From: Hyphococcus sp.
GTDB lineage: Bacteria; Pseudomonadota; Alphaproteobacteria; Caulobacterales; Parvularculaceae
Assembly: GCA_021776335.1 (NCBI GenBank)
Contig: JAJFGB010000001.1
Span: forward strand, 301,431-365,430
DNA length: 64,000 nt
Reading direction: 5' to 3'
Shown in pieces: positions 37,845-46,277 of this stretch. Positions within the stretch are counted from its first letter, which is position 1, and the number at the start of each line of letters is the position of its first letter. A program made the position numbers and the translations under genes. Below the pieces are notes generated by a model. The model did no database searches and was not told the origin of the DNA. It was given only the letters and a program-made list of their open reading frames with translations.

Positions 37845-39569
37845 ATGCGTCTCATGATCATTGGCATAACCGCACTTGGATTAGCGGCTCTTGCCATGAT
37901 CATTGCGGATGGCCGGCTGTTTAACTCGCTCGGCTTCGCCTCCCTTTGGGGGGGCGATGTCCGGCAAGTGCGGTTTGCTAATGATGCATGGGCGCCGAGG
38001 CAAAAGCGCGACACAATTGTGATCCCGGTGGCGCATGGACAATGGAAGACGATGTCGGGTTTTCCGTCCTATGCGTCCTTTGTGTTCCCGCTGACACAAC
38101 ACACGCAGATTGAGGCGGGCGCCTTTGTTCTGGAATTTTCATTGCAGCTACCCTCGTCGGGTGGCGGCGCGATGCGGGTGATGATCAACAATGAAAAACG
38201 GGCGGAGCTGCTATTTGAACGGGATCGGACGCGTTACCGAATAACTGTTGAACTGACGGATGCGGATTTAAAAAAAGGGGAGCTGTTTGTAGCGCTGTCG
38301 GCGGACGGATATGGGGCCGGTGGGGAATGTCCCGATGATCGTTCGCGGATCGCGATCATCGAAATCAAGCCGAACACCAGGGTCGAGTTGCGTCTGGCGG
38401 CGCCAATCAGTCACCCGGCAGATGCGGCAATACTGGCTGGCGATCCGATCCGTTTGTTGATGTCGGACGATAATATGCAGCTGCATCGCGAACGAACACT
38501 CGCCCTCGCGCTGAGGCTTGAACAAAAAGGCAGACGGGTTGAATTCGTGGCAAAGGACGCAGTTCGCAACCGGATTTCTATTCGCATCGACCCGAAAACC
38601 AACAAACCACGATTTGACCGTCGCATGAATGAAGTCGTCATGTCTGGACCTCGCGATGCCGCTTTGCTGCGCCCAGCCAATGTCAGCTCGAGCGCCGGCC
38701 CAAATTTCGGCAAGGACGATATTTTGTATGTTGAAGCGCTTGGTGCGGCTGTTCATACGCGCCAGTTTCGCCGCGAAATAAAATGGCGGATCGACTTTGA
38801 CCTAAAGGACATGCCTGACGGTGCGGCGCCGACACAGCTAAACCTGAAGCTTTTTCGTTCAGCCCTGGGCGAAGATCATGCAGGCCTTTTGTCGATCAGC
38901 TTTAATGGCGGTTTGCTTCATAGTGCGAGCAACATCGGGATTTCTAATCCGCTCAGTAAAAAAATCACTCTTCCGCAGAGTGAAATGCGGCTTGAAAATG
39001 CGCTTGAGATTTCAATCCTCACCAACGAAGACCGCATAGGTATTTGCAACCCAGGTCGCGACGCTTTTGCTCAATTATTAAAACCGACAGCGCTTACGCG
39101 ATTTCGGCCCCCTCAGGATATGCGTGCGGAGTCATTGCCTCATCGACTTAGACGGATCGGGCATGTGCAGATCTCAGCGCCTTTCGGGATGCAGAGCTCA
39201 GCCTATCGGGAGAGCATATCGCTTCTGGCGCGCATCACGCCGCCCACAATTAAACTGACAAGCAGCGAAAGACTGGTGCAAGGGCCGACAGTCCGAGCGA
39301 CGATTATTCCACTGCAAGAATTTCGCACTGAGATCGGCAAGTATCTACCACCGCCCGCCGCAATAAGAGCGGCAGGCGGTGATTACAGGCCTGATCAGGC
39401 GCCAATCATATGGGTTGGTGTGGATGCGAGCGCATTGGGATTTGCGGATCCGGCGCAGCAATATGCGCGATTAACGCGGGCATCTGCGAACAAGATTTTG
39501 AATTCAGATCGCAACGGCGTTGCAATCATCTTTGAGCTTCCGGCTATTGACGAGATAGGCGCGTCATGA
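37845..39569 (+). CDS. BcsB-like periplasmic polysaccharide co-polymerase subunit
   Basis: N-terminal hydrophobic anchor; two repeats resembling BcsB carbohydrate-binding modules (F.FPL..F.LEFS..MRVMINN..C.DD..IEIKPNTRVEL and IDFDL..LNLKL..LSISFNGGLL..LP..EN.LEI..C..AQLL). Confidence 0.6.
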   Translation: MRLMIIGITALGLAALAMIIADGRLFNSLGFASLWGGDVRQVRFANDAWAPRQKRDTIVIPVAHGQWKTMSGFPSYASFVFPLTQHTQIEAGAFVLEFSLQLPSSGGGAMRVMINNEKRAELLFERDRTRYRITVELTDADLKKGELFVALSADGYGAGGECPDDRSRIAIIEIKPNTRVELRLAAPISHPADAAILAGDPIRLLMSDDNMQLHRERTLALALRLEQKGRRVEFVAKDAVRNRISIRIDPKTNKPRFDRRMNEVVMSGPRDAALLRPANVSSSAGPNFGKDDILYVEALGAAVHTRQFRREIKWRIDFDLKDMPDGAAPTQLNLKLFRSALGEDHAGLLSISFNGGLLHSASNIGISNPLSKKITLPQSEMRLENALEISILTNEDRIGICNPGRDAFAQLLKPTALTRFRPPQDMRAESLPHRLRRIGHVQISAPFGMQSSAYRESISLLARITPPTIKLTSSERLVQGPTVRATIIPLQEFRTEIGKYLPPPAAIRAAGGDYRPDQAPIIWVGVDASALGFADPAQQYARLTRASANKILNSDRNGVAIIFELPAIDEIGAS

Positions 39570-42325
39570 CCGATGCCGTTGCAACGGAAACAAGGTCTCA
39601 AAATGAATTTCTTTGCGTTGACAGCGCACCGAAACAATATGCCTCTTTAATCCCGATATGGCGTGCGCCGGCGGCGTGTGCGCTATTTCTGGTTATTGGT
39701 TTCGCAGCGATATTTATCGTCAACCAGATCCCATTCCTGAATGCCGCTTTCCCTGATGATGATTTTATCTTCTCGCCATATACAGGCAGCCATTCCATAC
39801 CCATCCGGCTGTTTATTGTCACCTTCAGTGCATCGTTTTGCTGCTTCTGCAATGGCGACCTCAAAAACAAAACCCTGCTGTTTGCCGATATCGTGTTCAC
39901 CTATGCGCTCTACTGCGCGGTGTTCGACCTCATCAACATTATTGTTTATGAGACGTTGCAGGTTCGATATCAGCTAAGCTTCATTGAGATCGTTAGCGGA
40001 TTACTCGGTTTTTGGGTTTTCTCATTGAAACTCCTCCGGCGCGGGCGCATGCCGCCAAAGATTGAAGTCCCTTACAAGCCACAGCGAACATTTTCAACGA
40101 TCGTTCGGCTCGTGGGCGGCGCTGTCGCGGCCGGATTATTTTCGTTTTGGATCGCATCGCTTGATTTGGCGATTGTTCAGGACCTTCGAAATTTTGCACT
40201 GCTGGGCGGGATTGGTCCTGGCGTATTTCTCTTTTTGCCAGTGTTGTTTCTAATCTGGTTTGTTTTAGCGACCTATGACCGGCTGACCATGAAAGTGGGC
40301 GACTTTACGCCTCCGCTGACATTTGTTGTTCCTGCCCACAACGAAGAATACATCATCGCTGATACAATCTTCGCGATGGATGAGGCTGCCTGTAATTACA
40401 ACGGCAATGTGATCATTCTCATCATGAATAACAATTCCGACGACCGAACAAGTGAGGTCGCCGAGGCTGCGCTGGCAAAATGCAAGGCGGCGACAGGAAA
40501 AGTGATCGACGTCCCGAAGCCAGGAAAATCGAATGCGCTAAACGCAGGTCTTGCTGCAGCCGAAACCGAATTTTTCGTGCGCGTTGACGCCGATACATTG
40601 ATTGCGCCGGATTCAATCCACCGCGCCATGCGATATTTCTATGACCCTAAAGTCGGCGTGGTCGGCGGATTGCCTATACCGCCAGGCGGGGCGCTTTTCG
40701 ACAATGCGCGATTCCTCGAGGTGATTGTAAAACACGGTTATTACTCGGTTGCGCTCGGTGCGATCAATGGCGTTGTTGGCGTGCCGGGCATGTTAGCGCT
40801 CTATCGCACCGAGCTCCCAAGGCAGCTTGGTGGATTTGTTGAAGGCATGAACGGTGAGGACACCGACATGTCGTTGCGCATCGGCGAGATGGGATATGAG
40901 GTCGTCGTTGATCCAAAGGTGACCTACATCTCCGAAGTGCCTGCGAGTTACAAGCATATGCGTGAACAACGCATGCGCTGGTTCCGCTCAATCTATCATA
41001 TCTCAAGCAGGAATGGGGATTATCTCGACCGGTCATGGCTGACGATCAGGGGAAAGATTATTTTACCCTATATGCTCGTCAATTCAGCTCGCCGCGCCAT
41101 GCTCACCCCGCTCGTTATGTTTGGCGCCATCGAATATGTGACCAGTTTTAATTCAGCGAACACACTGGAGTGGCAAGCGATCTTAGCGGTGCTCATCGGG
41201 GCGCCAGCAATTGTTGCGGTTTTTGCTTCGCTGATAAACGGCTATCCGAAAGGCATTCTGGCGCTTCCAGATTATTTGGTGTTTCGCGCGATCCGCGCTT
41301 ACCTGACGTTAGAATCGCTTCTCAGCATTATCATTGCGCCGGACCCGGAAACCGTTGCGCGCGCGCAAGTAGTGCGACGTAAAAGGAAGGTATGGATTGC
41401 TCGCGCCCGGGCGGGGTTCGCCGGCGCTGTGCTTTCTGTTGCCGCTATCTTTAACGCGAACGCGAACGATCCAGGCCTTTTAGTTGAGGCGACAATGGGC
41501 GCTCAACGGCAGGGCCTGATCGTCGAGGAAGATGACGTCAAGGCGAGCGGCCTTGCCGTTGGCGTCTTTGCTGACGCATCACTGATTTATGACCAAAGGC
41601 TCAGAAAAAAGGACTTCGTGAAGGTTAAAAGTAACCTGAGGAAGGATATTTATCCGGATCGCTCTGGGTTAGACACGATACACTATCGTGGTGAGCTGCA
41701 ATATCGGCGACAATTGAGTAAAAAATGCAGTTGCTGGTTACAAGCGACAATGCGCTACGACCAAAAAAAACGCGATGGTGAGTTTCTCTTTCGACGGGAG
41801 GCGGCGCAAGTTAAGCTGTGGCGCCGGCACAACAAACAACATAACGGGTTCATACAGCTGGGTGCGAGCAACCTTGACTACAACGACGCACGCCTCGCAG
41901 GGTTTGATCAGCGAAGATACAGAATAGATGTTGGCCATCAATGGCGGCCGGCAGACTCACGGCTTCGATTGAATGGGGTGATCTTTGCGGAACACTCCGA
42001 TGCTGACGCGGCTCGGTTTGATTTTCAATCTCTTGGCGCACAGTTACGCGCAGAGAGGCAATTTGCTAGCTCAGCGACGAAAATGCATGTTGCGCTGTTT
42101 TGGCGTGAACGTCGCTATGAAGGTGTATTCAGTCGAGATTTTCCAATGTCGCGGAGCGATAGGGCGCTAAGAGCGTCGGTCGGCCTTTCACATCCAGTCA
42201 GGAAAAGACTTACCGTGACGGGGGCATTGGGCTGGGAACAAAATCGCTCCAATATTCCCATTCGGCGGCATCAGGGCTTAACGTTTCGGATCACGCTTAG
42301 CGCCAAATTGCCGATCCTGGATTGA
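39566..42325 (+). CDS. Processive GT2 polysaccharide synthase fused to an outer-membrane beta-barrel
   Basis: About six N-terminal TMs; VPAHNEE, KSNALNAG, DADT, GEDTD and QRMRW (D,D,D,QxxRW); further TMs; internal signal-peptide-like segment; C-terminal region of about 290 aa with amphipathic beta-strand pattern. ATGA overlap with the upstream gene. Confidence 0.85.
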   Translation: MTDAVATETRSQNEFLCVDSAPKQYASLIPIWRAPAACALFLVIGFAAIFIVNQIPFLNAAFPDDDFIFSPYTGSHSIPIRLFIVTFSASFCCFCNGDLKNKTLLFADIVFTYALYCAVFDLINIIVYETLQVRYQLSFIEIVSGLLGFWVFSLKLLRRGRMPPKIEVPYKPQRTFSTIVRLVGGAVAAGLFSFWIASLDLAIVQDLRNFALLGGIGPGVFLFLPVLFLIWFVLATYDRLTMKVGDFTPPLTFVVPAHNEEYIIADTIFAMDEAACNYNGNVIILIMNNNSDDRTSEVAEAALAKCKAATGKVIDVPKPGKSNALNAGLAAAETEFFVRVDADTLIAPDSIHRAMRYFYDPKVGVVGGLPIPPGGALFDNARFLEVIVKHGYYSVALGAINGVVGVPGMLALYRTELPRQLGGFVEGMNGEDTDMSLRIGEMGYEVVVDPKVTYISEVPASYKHMREQRMRWFRSIYHISSRNGDYLDRSWLTIRGKIILPYMLVNSARRAMLTPLVMFGAIEYVTSFNSANTLEWQAILAVLIGAPAIVAVFASLINGYPKGILALPDYLVFRAIRAYLTLESLLSIIIAPDPETVARAQVVRRKRKVWIARARAGFAGAVLSVAAIFNANANDPGLLVEATMGAQRQGLIVEEDDVKASGLAVGVFADASLIYDQRLRKKDFVKVKSNLRKDIYPDRSGLDTIHYRGELQYRRQLSKKCSCWLQATMRYDQKKRDGEFLFRREAAQVKLWRRHNKQHNGFIQLGASNLDYNDARLAGFDQRRYRIDVGHQWRPADSRLRLNGVIFAEHSDADAARFDFQSLGAQLRAERQFASSATKMHVALFWRERRYEGVFSRDFPMSRSDRALRASVGLSHPVRKRLTVTGALGWEQNRSNIPIRRHQGLTFRITLSAKLPILD

Positions 42326-42336
42326 TTAACGCAATG

Positions 42337-42486
42337 CCTCAAATTGCGCGCATTCTCTCACATTGCTCTTGCATATTGCGGCAGTTAGCCGGCCATCAAA
42401 ACTCGTGAACCGAACACTGCGCCAATATATTGTTTTTGCTTACTCTTTTGCGACCGCGGGGCTGCGCAGGATGGCCTGGCTTTTGA
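42337..42486 (+). promoter_or_regulatory. Sigma54-type promoter P3 upstream of GT2-cysH
   Basis: CCTCA-AAT-TGCGC 42337-42349; TTGCA-TAT-TGCGG 42369-42381 (11-mer TTGCATATTGC identical to P2); IHF-like AAACAATATATTG (minus strand, 42423-42435); TGGCCTG-GCTT-TTGA 42472-42486. Confidence 0.65.
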
Positions 42487-42514
42487 AGCTCTTGAGGGGA
42501 GAGAAAGGTCGAAC

Positions 42515-43447
42515 ATGCCAGATAAAATGCAAAAACGAAAAGGCGGCCGTTTTGGTTTCCGCAATATACGACCGCGGGCGCGATCATGCTCAGCATACGA
42601 CGTCAGTGTGATCATTCCTTATCATAACGCATCGCGGACAATCCGCCGCGCGGTCGCCTCCATTGTTTTTCAACGTCACGTCAGATGCGAGATTGTTATT
42701 ATCAATGACGGCTCGTCTCTTGAAGAGACCGCGAAGCTGTCGTCGCTTCGTGGAAAGCGGAATATTCGCGTTGTTGATGTGCTTCATCGCGGCGCTGCCG
42801 CTGCACGCAATTTGGGCGCAGAGCTCACCCGGTCCGCCGTCATCGCTTTCCTTGATGCGGATGATGAGATTCCCGCACGCGCGTTTACCAGAAAGATCAA
42901 GAAATTAAACAGCAATCCGGATATCGGCCTCGTTTTTGGACGAACGCGCATTTGCGTTAATACACAAAAACCGACTGATGAAATTACGCCATTTCAGTCT
43001 TCGCTTACACTTGAGGAAGTGCTCGGTTCATTTCCCGTGCTGACAGCGTCAAATATGCTTGTTCGCCGAGCGGCGTTTGAGGATATCGGAGGCTTCGACG
43101 AAGGATTACGTGACGCCAGCGATCAAGAGTGGACTGCTCGGCTTTGCTCGCATGAAAAATGGGACGCTGCCGGCGTTAAAAGCGTGACGGTCCGGAAATT
43201 TGTCGGCCGTTCGTCGCTCTGGGCGAATCCTGATGCGATGGAACAGGCGTGGCGCCAGGTTCTCGCTTCACATATGGCAAAGGGAAACCAACTGGAGGAC
43301 GGGGAAGCGGCGCGAATTTCGGACCTGTTTTATCAGCGCCTCGCCAGTTACGCCGGGCGCTATGTCAATGTCCATAACAAATCGCGCTTCTTTGAACTGA
43401 TCCAAATCTGGAGGGGGCAGCGTGATGCAATTGCATACAGCTCATAG
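42515..43447 (+). CDS. Soluble GT2 glycosyltransferase
   Basis: VSVIIPYHNA, IVIINDGSS, GAAAARNLG, IAFLDADD, GGFDEGL..SD. Confidence 0.9.
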   Translation: MPDKMQKRKGGRFGFRNIRPRARSCSAYDVSVIIPYHNASRTIRRAVASIVFQRHVRCEIVIINDGSSLEETAKLSSLRGKRNIRVVDVLHRGAAAARNLGAELTRSAVIAFLDADDEIPARAFTRKIKKLNSNPDIGLVFGRTRICVNTQKPTDEITPFQSSLTLEEVLGSFPVLTASNMLVRRAAFEDIGGFDEGLRDASDQEWTARLCSHEKWDAAGVKSVTVRKFVGRSSLWANPDAMEQAWRQVLASHMAKGNQLEDGEAARISDLFYQRLASYAGRYVNVHNKSRFFELIQIWRGQRDAIAYSS

Positions 43448-44144
43448 TCCGTCGGGTTTTCATGCGGCGCAACCGATTGTTGATTTGCTGAATGTTGAGC
43501 ACGAAAATGTGCGCGCAGAATGCATTCTCCGAAATGCCCTTGATCTTTTCAGCGGCGAAATCGTTCTGGTGTCATCTTTCGGGGCCGATGCGGCTGTGCT
43601 CCTTCATATGCTCGCAGAATTTGACAAGGATATACCAGTCATTTTCCTGGATACCGGACGTCACTTTGAAAAAACACTTCACTACCGCCAGACCCTGGCG
43701 CACCAGCTCGGCCTTCGCAATGTTCGATCGTCTCTCCCGAATCGACTTGCACTGGCCGAGCTGGACCCGGACGGCAGCCTGCATCAGCTGGACCCAGACG
43801 CGTGTTGCGCCATTCGAAAAAAGGCCGTCTTGAAAAGCGCATTATCGCCATTCAGCGCATGGATATCGGGCCGAAAACGTTACCAGACGGCGGCCCGGCA
43901 AAATATCCGCATATTCGAGTGCGACAATGAAATGCGTATCAAACTAAGCCCTCTTGCTGATTGGTCAGAGCAAGATATTGAGCACTACTATGAAGCGCAC
44001 AAATTGCCGCGACATCCGCTATGGGCGGAAGGCTATCGGTCGATCGGATGCGCGCCATGCACGTCGCCAACCATTCAGGGAGAAGATGCACGCGATGGCC
44101 GCTGGAGCGCCCGCGGCAAAACTGAATGCGGAATTCATTTGTGA
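43425..44144 (+). CDS. cysH: APS/PAPS reductase, Fe-S (APS-reductase) type
   Basis: SSFGADAAVLLHM, FLDTGRHF, CCAIRK, SIGCAPCT, RDGRW, KTECGIH; overlaps the GT2 stop. Confidence 0.93.
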   Translation: MQLHTAHSPSGFHAAQPIVDLLNVEHENVRAECILRNALDLFSGEIVLVSSFGADAAVLLHMLAEFDKDIPVIFLDTGRHFEKTLHYRQTLAHQLGLRNVRSSLPNRLALAELDPDGSLHQLDPDACCAIRKKAVLKSALSPFSAWISGRKRYQTAARQNIRIFECDNEMRIKLSPLADWSEQDIEHYYEAHKLPRHPLWAEGYRSIGCAPCTSPTIQGEDARDGRWSARGKTECGIHL

Positions 44145-44211
44145 AACTGCTCGATATTGGCAATCTGCTGGTCAATTGATTTGATCACACTGTTGGCGCT
44201 TTACGCCGATC

Positions 44212-45246
44212 TCACTCAAACATTTCGCGCAAATTCACCGAAGATTTTTCGCCGACGCTGTCGAAATTTTCGGTGAGCCAGGTGTCGGCGATATCGCGGC
44301 CTTTGTTTTTTAACTCGGTCAGGAAAGCCCAATCCGTGCGGAATTTGCTGGCGATATCAATATCGGCGATCGCTCTGTCGGAACGGATTGAATGGATGCG
44401 GATATCGCGCAGGCGGTCGCGATATTCATCTTTGAGCCAACCATCATCGAGCAGTTTGTGGACAAAACTGATCGCGCGCAATTCGCGCATCAAGGACGAG
44501 TTAAAGCTGATTTCGTTGACACGGTTCATAATTTCCGGCGCCGTTGTCGGCACCTCTTCGCGTTCAATGGGGTTTACATGAACAATAACAACATCGGATG
44601 CTTCGGCTTCGTAGAAGAACGGAAACAAGACCGGATTGCCCATATAGCCGCCATCCCAGAAATGTTCACCGTCAACTTCGACAGCCTTGAATAAAAACGG
44701 CAGGCAGGCGGAGGCGCAAACAACATCGGTAGAGATGTCCTTGCAATTGAACACATGGACTTTGCCGCTTTTGACATTGGTCGCAGCAATGAAAAGTCTT
44801 GTGGTCGTGCAGTGCCGTAAGGCGTCAAAATCGATGCAGTCATCGAGAATATCGCGCAAAGGATTAATGTCGAACGGATTGAACTGATAGGGCGAAAGCG
44901 CGCGCGTCATGACGTCGAAGGCCTGAAAGGAAAGGGCGCTGATCATATCGGCAGCGCCAGGGATCATGGGAAAGAAATCGCTGCGCACAGGGCTATAAAG
45001 TTTGCCCGCATCGCTGACCCGGCGCCACAAAAGCTCCAGGGTTTCGCGGGCGCCGGTTTTGCCGCCGTTGAAAAGTCCGTAAGCCACAGCCGTTGCATTC
45101 AGGGCGCCGGCACTGCACCCGGAAATCGCATCAATTTCGATGCGCGGATCTTCAAGCAGCCGGTCGGCAACGCCCCAGGTGACAGCGCCATGGGAACCAC
45201 CGCCCTGAAAAGCGAGATTGATTTTTTTGGTGACAGTCTCCACCAT
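44212..45246 (-). CDS. Patatin-like phospholipase/esterase
   Basis: FQGGGSHG, SGCSAG (GxSxG), WDGGYMGNP; TAATG coupling to bdhA. Confidence 0.92.
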   Translation of the reverse strand: MVETVTKKINLAFQGGGSHGAVTWGVADRLLEDPRIEIDAISGCSAGALNATAVAYGLFNGGKTGARETLELLWRRVSDAGKLYSPVRSDFFPMIPGAADMISALSFQAFDVMTRALSPYQFNPFDINPLRDILDDCIDFDALRHCTTTRLFIAATNVKSGKVHVFNCKDISTDVVCASACLPFLFKAVEVDGEHFWDGGYMGNPVLFPFFYEAEASDVVIVHVNPIEREEVPTTAPEIMNRVNEISFNSSLMRELRAISFVHKLLDDGWLKDEYRDRLRDIRIHSIRSDRAIADIDIASKFRTDWAFLTELKNKGRDIADTWLTENFDSVGEKSSVNLREMFE

Positions 45247-46040
45247 TATTGGGCGACCCAGCCGCCATCAATCTGATGTGCGGCGCCAGTAATTTGCGCT
45301 GCGTTGTCGGAACACAAAAAGACGGCGAGGGCGCCGATCTGTTCCACGGTCACAAATTGTTTTGTCGGTTGGGCATGAAGGAGAACGTTGGCGACAACTT
45401 CTTCTTCGCTGATGCCGCGCGCTTTTGCGGTGTCGGGGATTTGTTTTTCGACCAAAGGCGTTTTCACATAGCCGGGGCAAATCGCATTGCAGGTGACGCC
45501 ATGTTCGGCGCCTTCCAGGGCGATGGTTTTGGTGAAACCGACAATACCGTGCTTCGCCGCAACATAGGCCGACTTGAAAGGTGAGGCGACAAGGCCGTGA
45601 GCTGAGGCCACATTGATGATGCGCCCATGTTTGCGCTCTTTCATGGCGCCGAATACGGCTTTGGTTGTATGAAACGCTGACGACAGGTTGATTGCGATGA
45701 TCGCGTCCCATTTGGCGTCGGGAAATTCCTCAACGGGTGAGACATGCTGAATGCCCGCATTATTGACCAGCACATCAATATGGCCGAACGCGCTGCGCGC
45801 TTCTTCGACAAGTCCGCGGATTTCCTCGGGCTTGGTCATGTCCGCACCATTATAATGAACGCTGACGCCGTGATCGCTCTCGAGCCCGGCGCGGATCGCC
45901 TCAATCTCGTCAGCATCGCCAAAGCCGTTGAGCATCACATTCCAGCCCTCAGCGGCAAACGCCGTCGCAATCCCGAGCCCGATGCCCGAGGTGGAGCCGG
46001 TGACGATTGCGCTAAGCGGGGCGTTGGCGTGCTGGGACAT
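45246..46040 (-). CDS. bdhA: 3-hydroxybutyrate dehydrogenase
   Basis: TGSTSGIG, NNAGIQHVSPVEEFP..KW, SAHGLVASPFKSAYVAAKHG, CPGYVKTPLV. Confidence 0.94.
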   Translation of the reverse strand: MSQHANAPLSAIVTGSTSGIGLGIATAFAAEGWNVMLNGFGDADEIEAIRAGLESDHGVSVHYNGADMTKPEEIRGLVEEARSAFGHIDVLVNNAGIQHVSPVEEFPDAKWDAIIAINLSSAFHTTKAVFGAMKERKHGRIINVASAHGLVASPFKSAYVAAKHGIVGFTKTIALEGAEHGVTCNAICPGYVKTPLVEKQIPDTAKARGISEEEVVANVLLHAQPTKQFVTVEQIGALAVFLCSDNAAQITGAAHQIDGGWVAQ

Positions 46041-46277
46041 GGGCGAAATCCTTCGTGAGCTGTCGTGTTTCGGGGCTTTGGCCGGTTATTGGGCCGGTAA
46101 TGGCGCACCCTATTTGTTGCGCTGCACAAGAGCAACTCACGGGGGTGAGAGGGAGGGGCGCTGTTTGAAGCGGGCGAAACACAATCTTGCTTTTGCGCTG
46201 GCCTCTGACGCGTATATCAATTCTGGAGCGTGGCGCTGGCGACCTCTTGAATGCTGCGAAAACAAAGAGAGCTTGTT

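Noticed and set aside
42363-42615. Small ORFs in the gap between the synthase fusion and the second GT2
   Set aside because: No recognisable motifs; the gap is explained by the P3 enhancer, IHF site and promoter.
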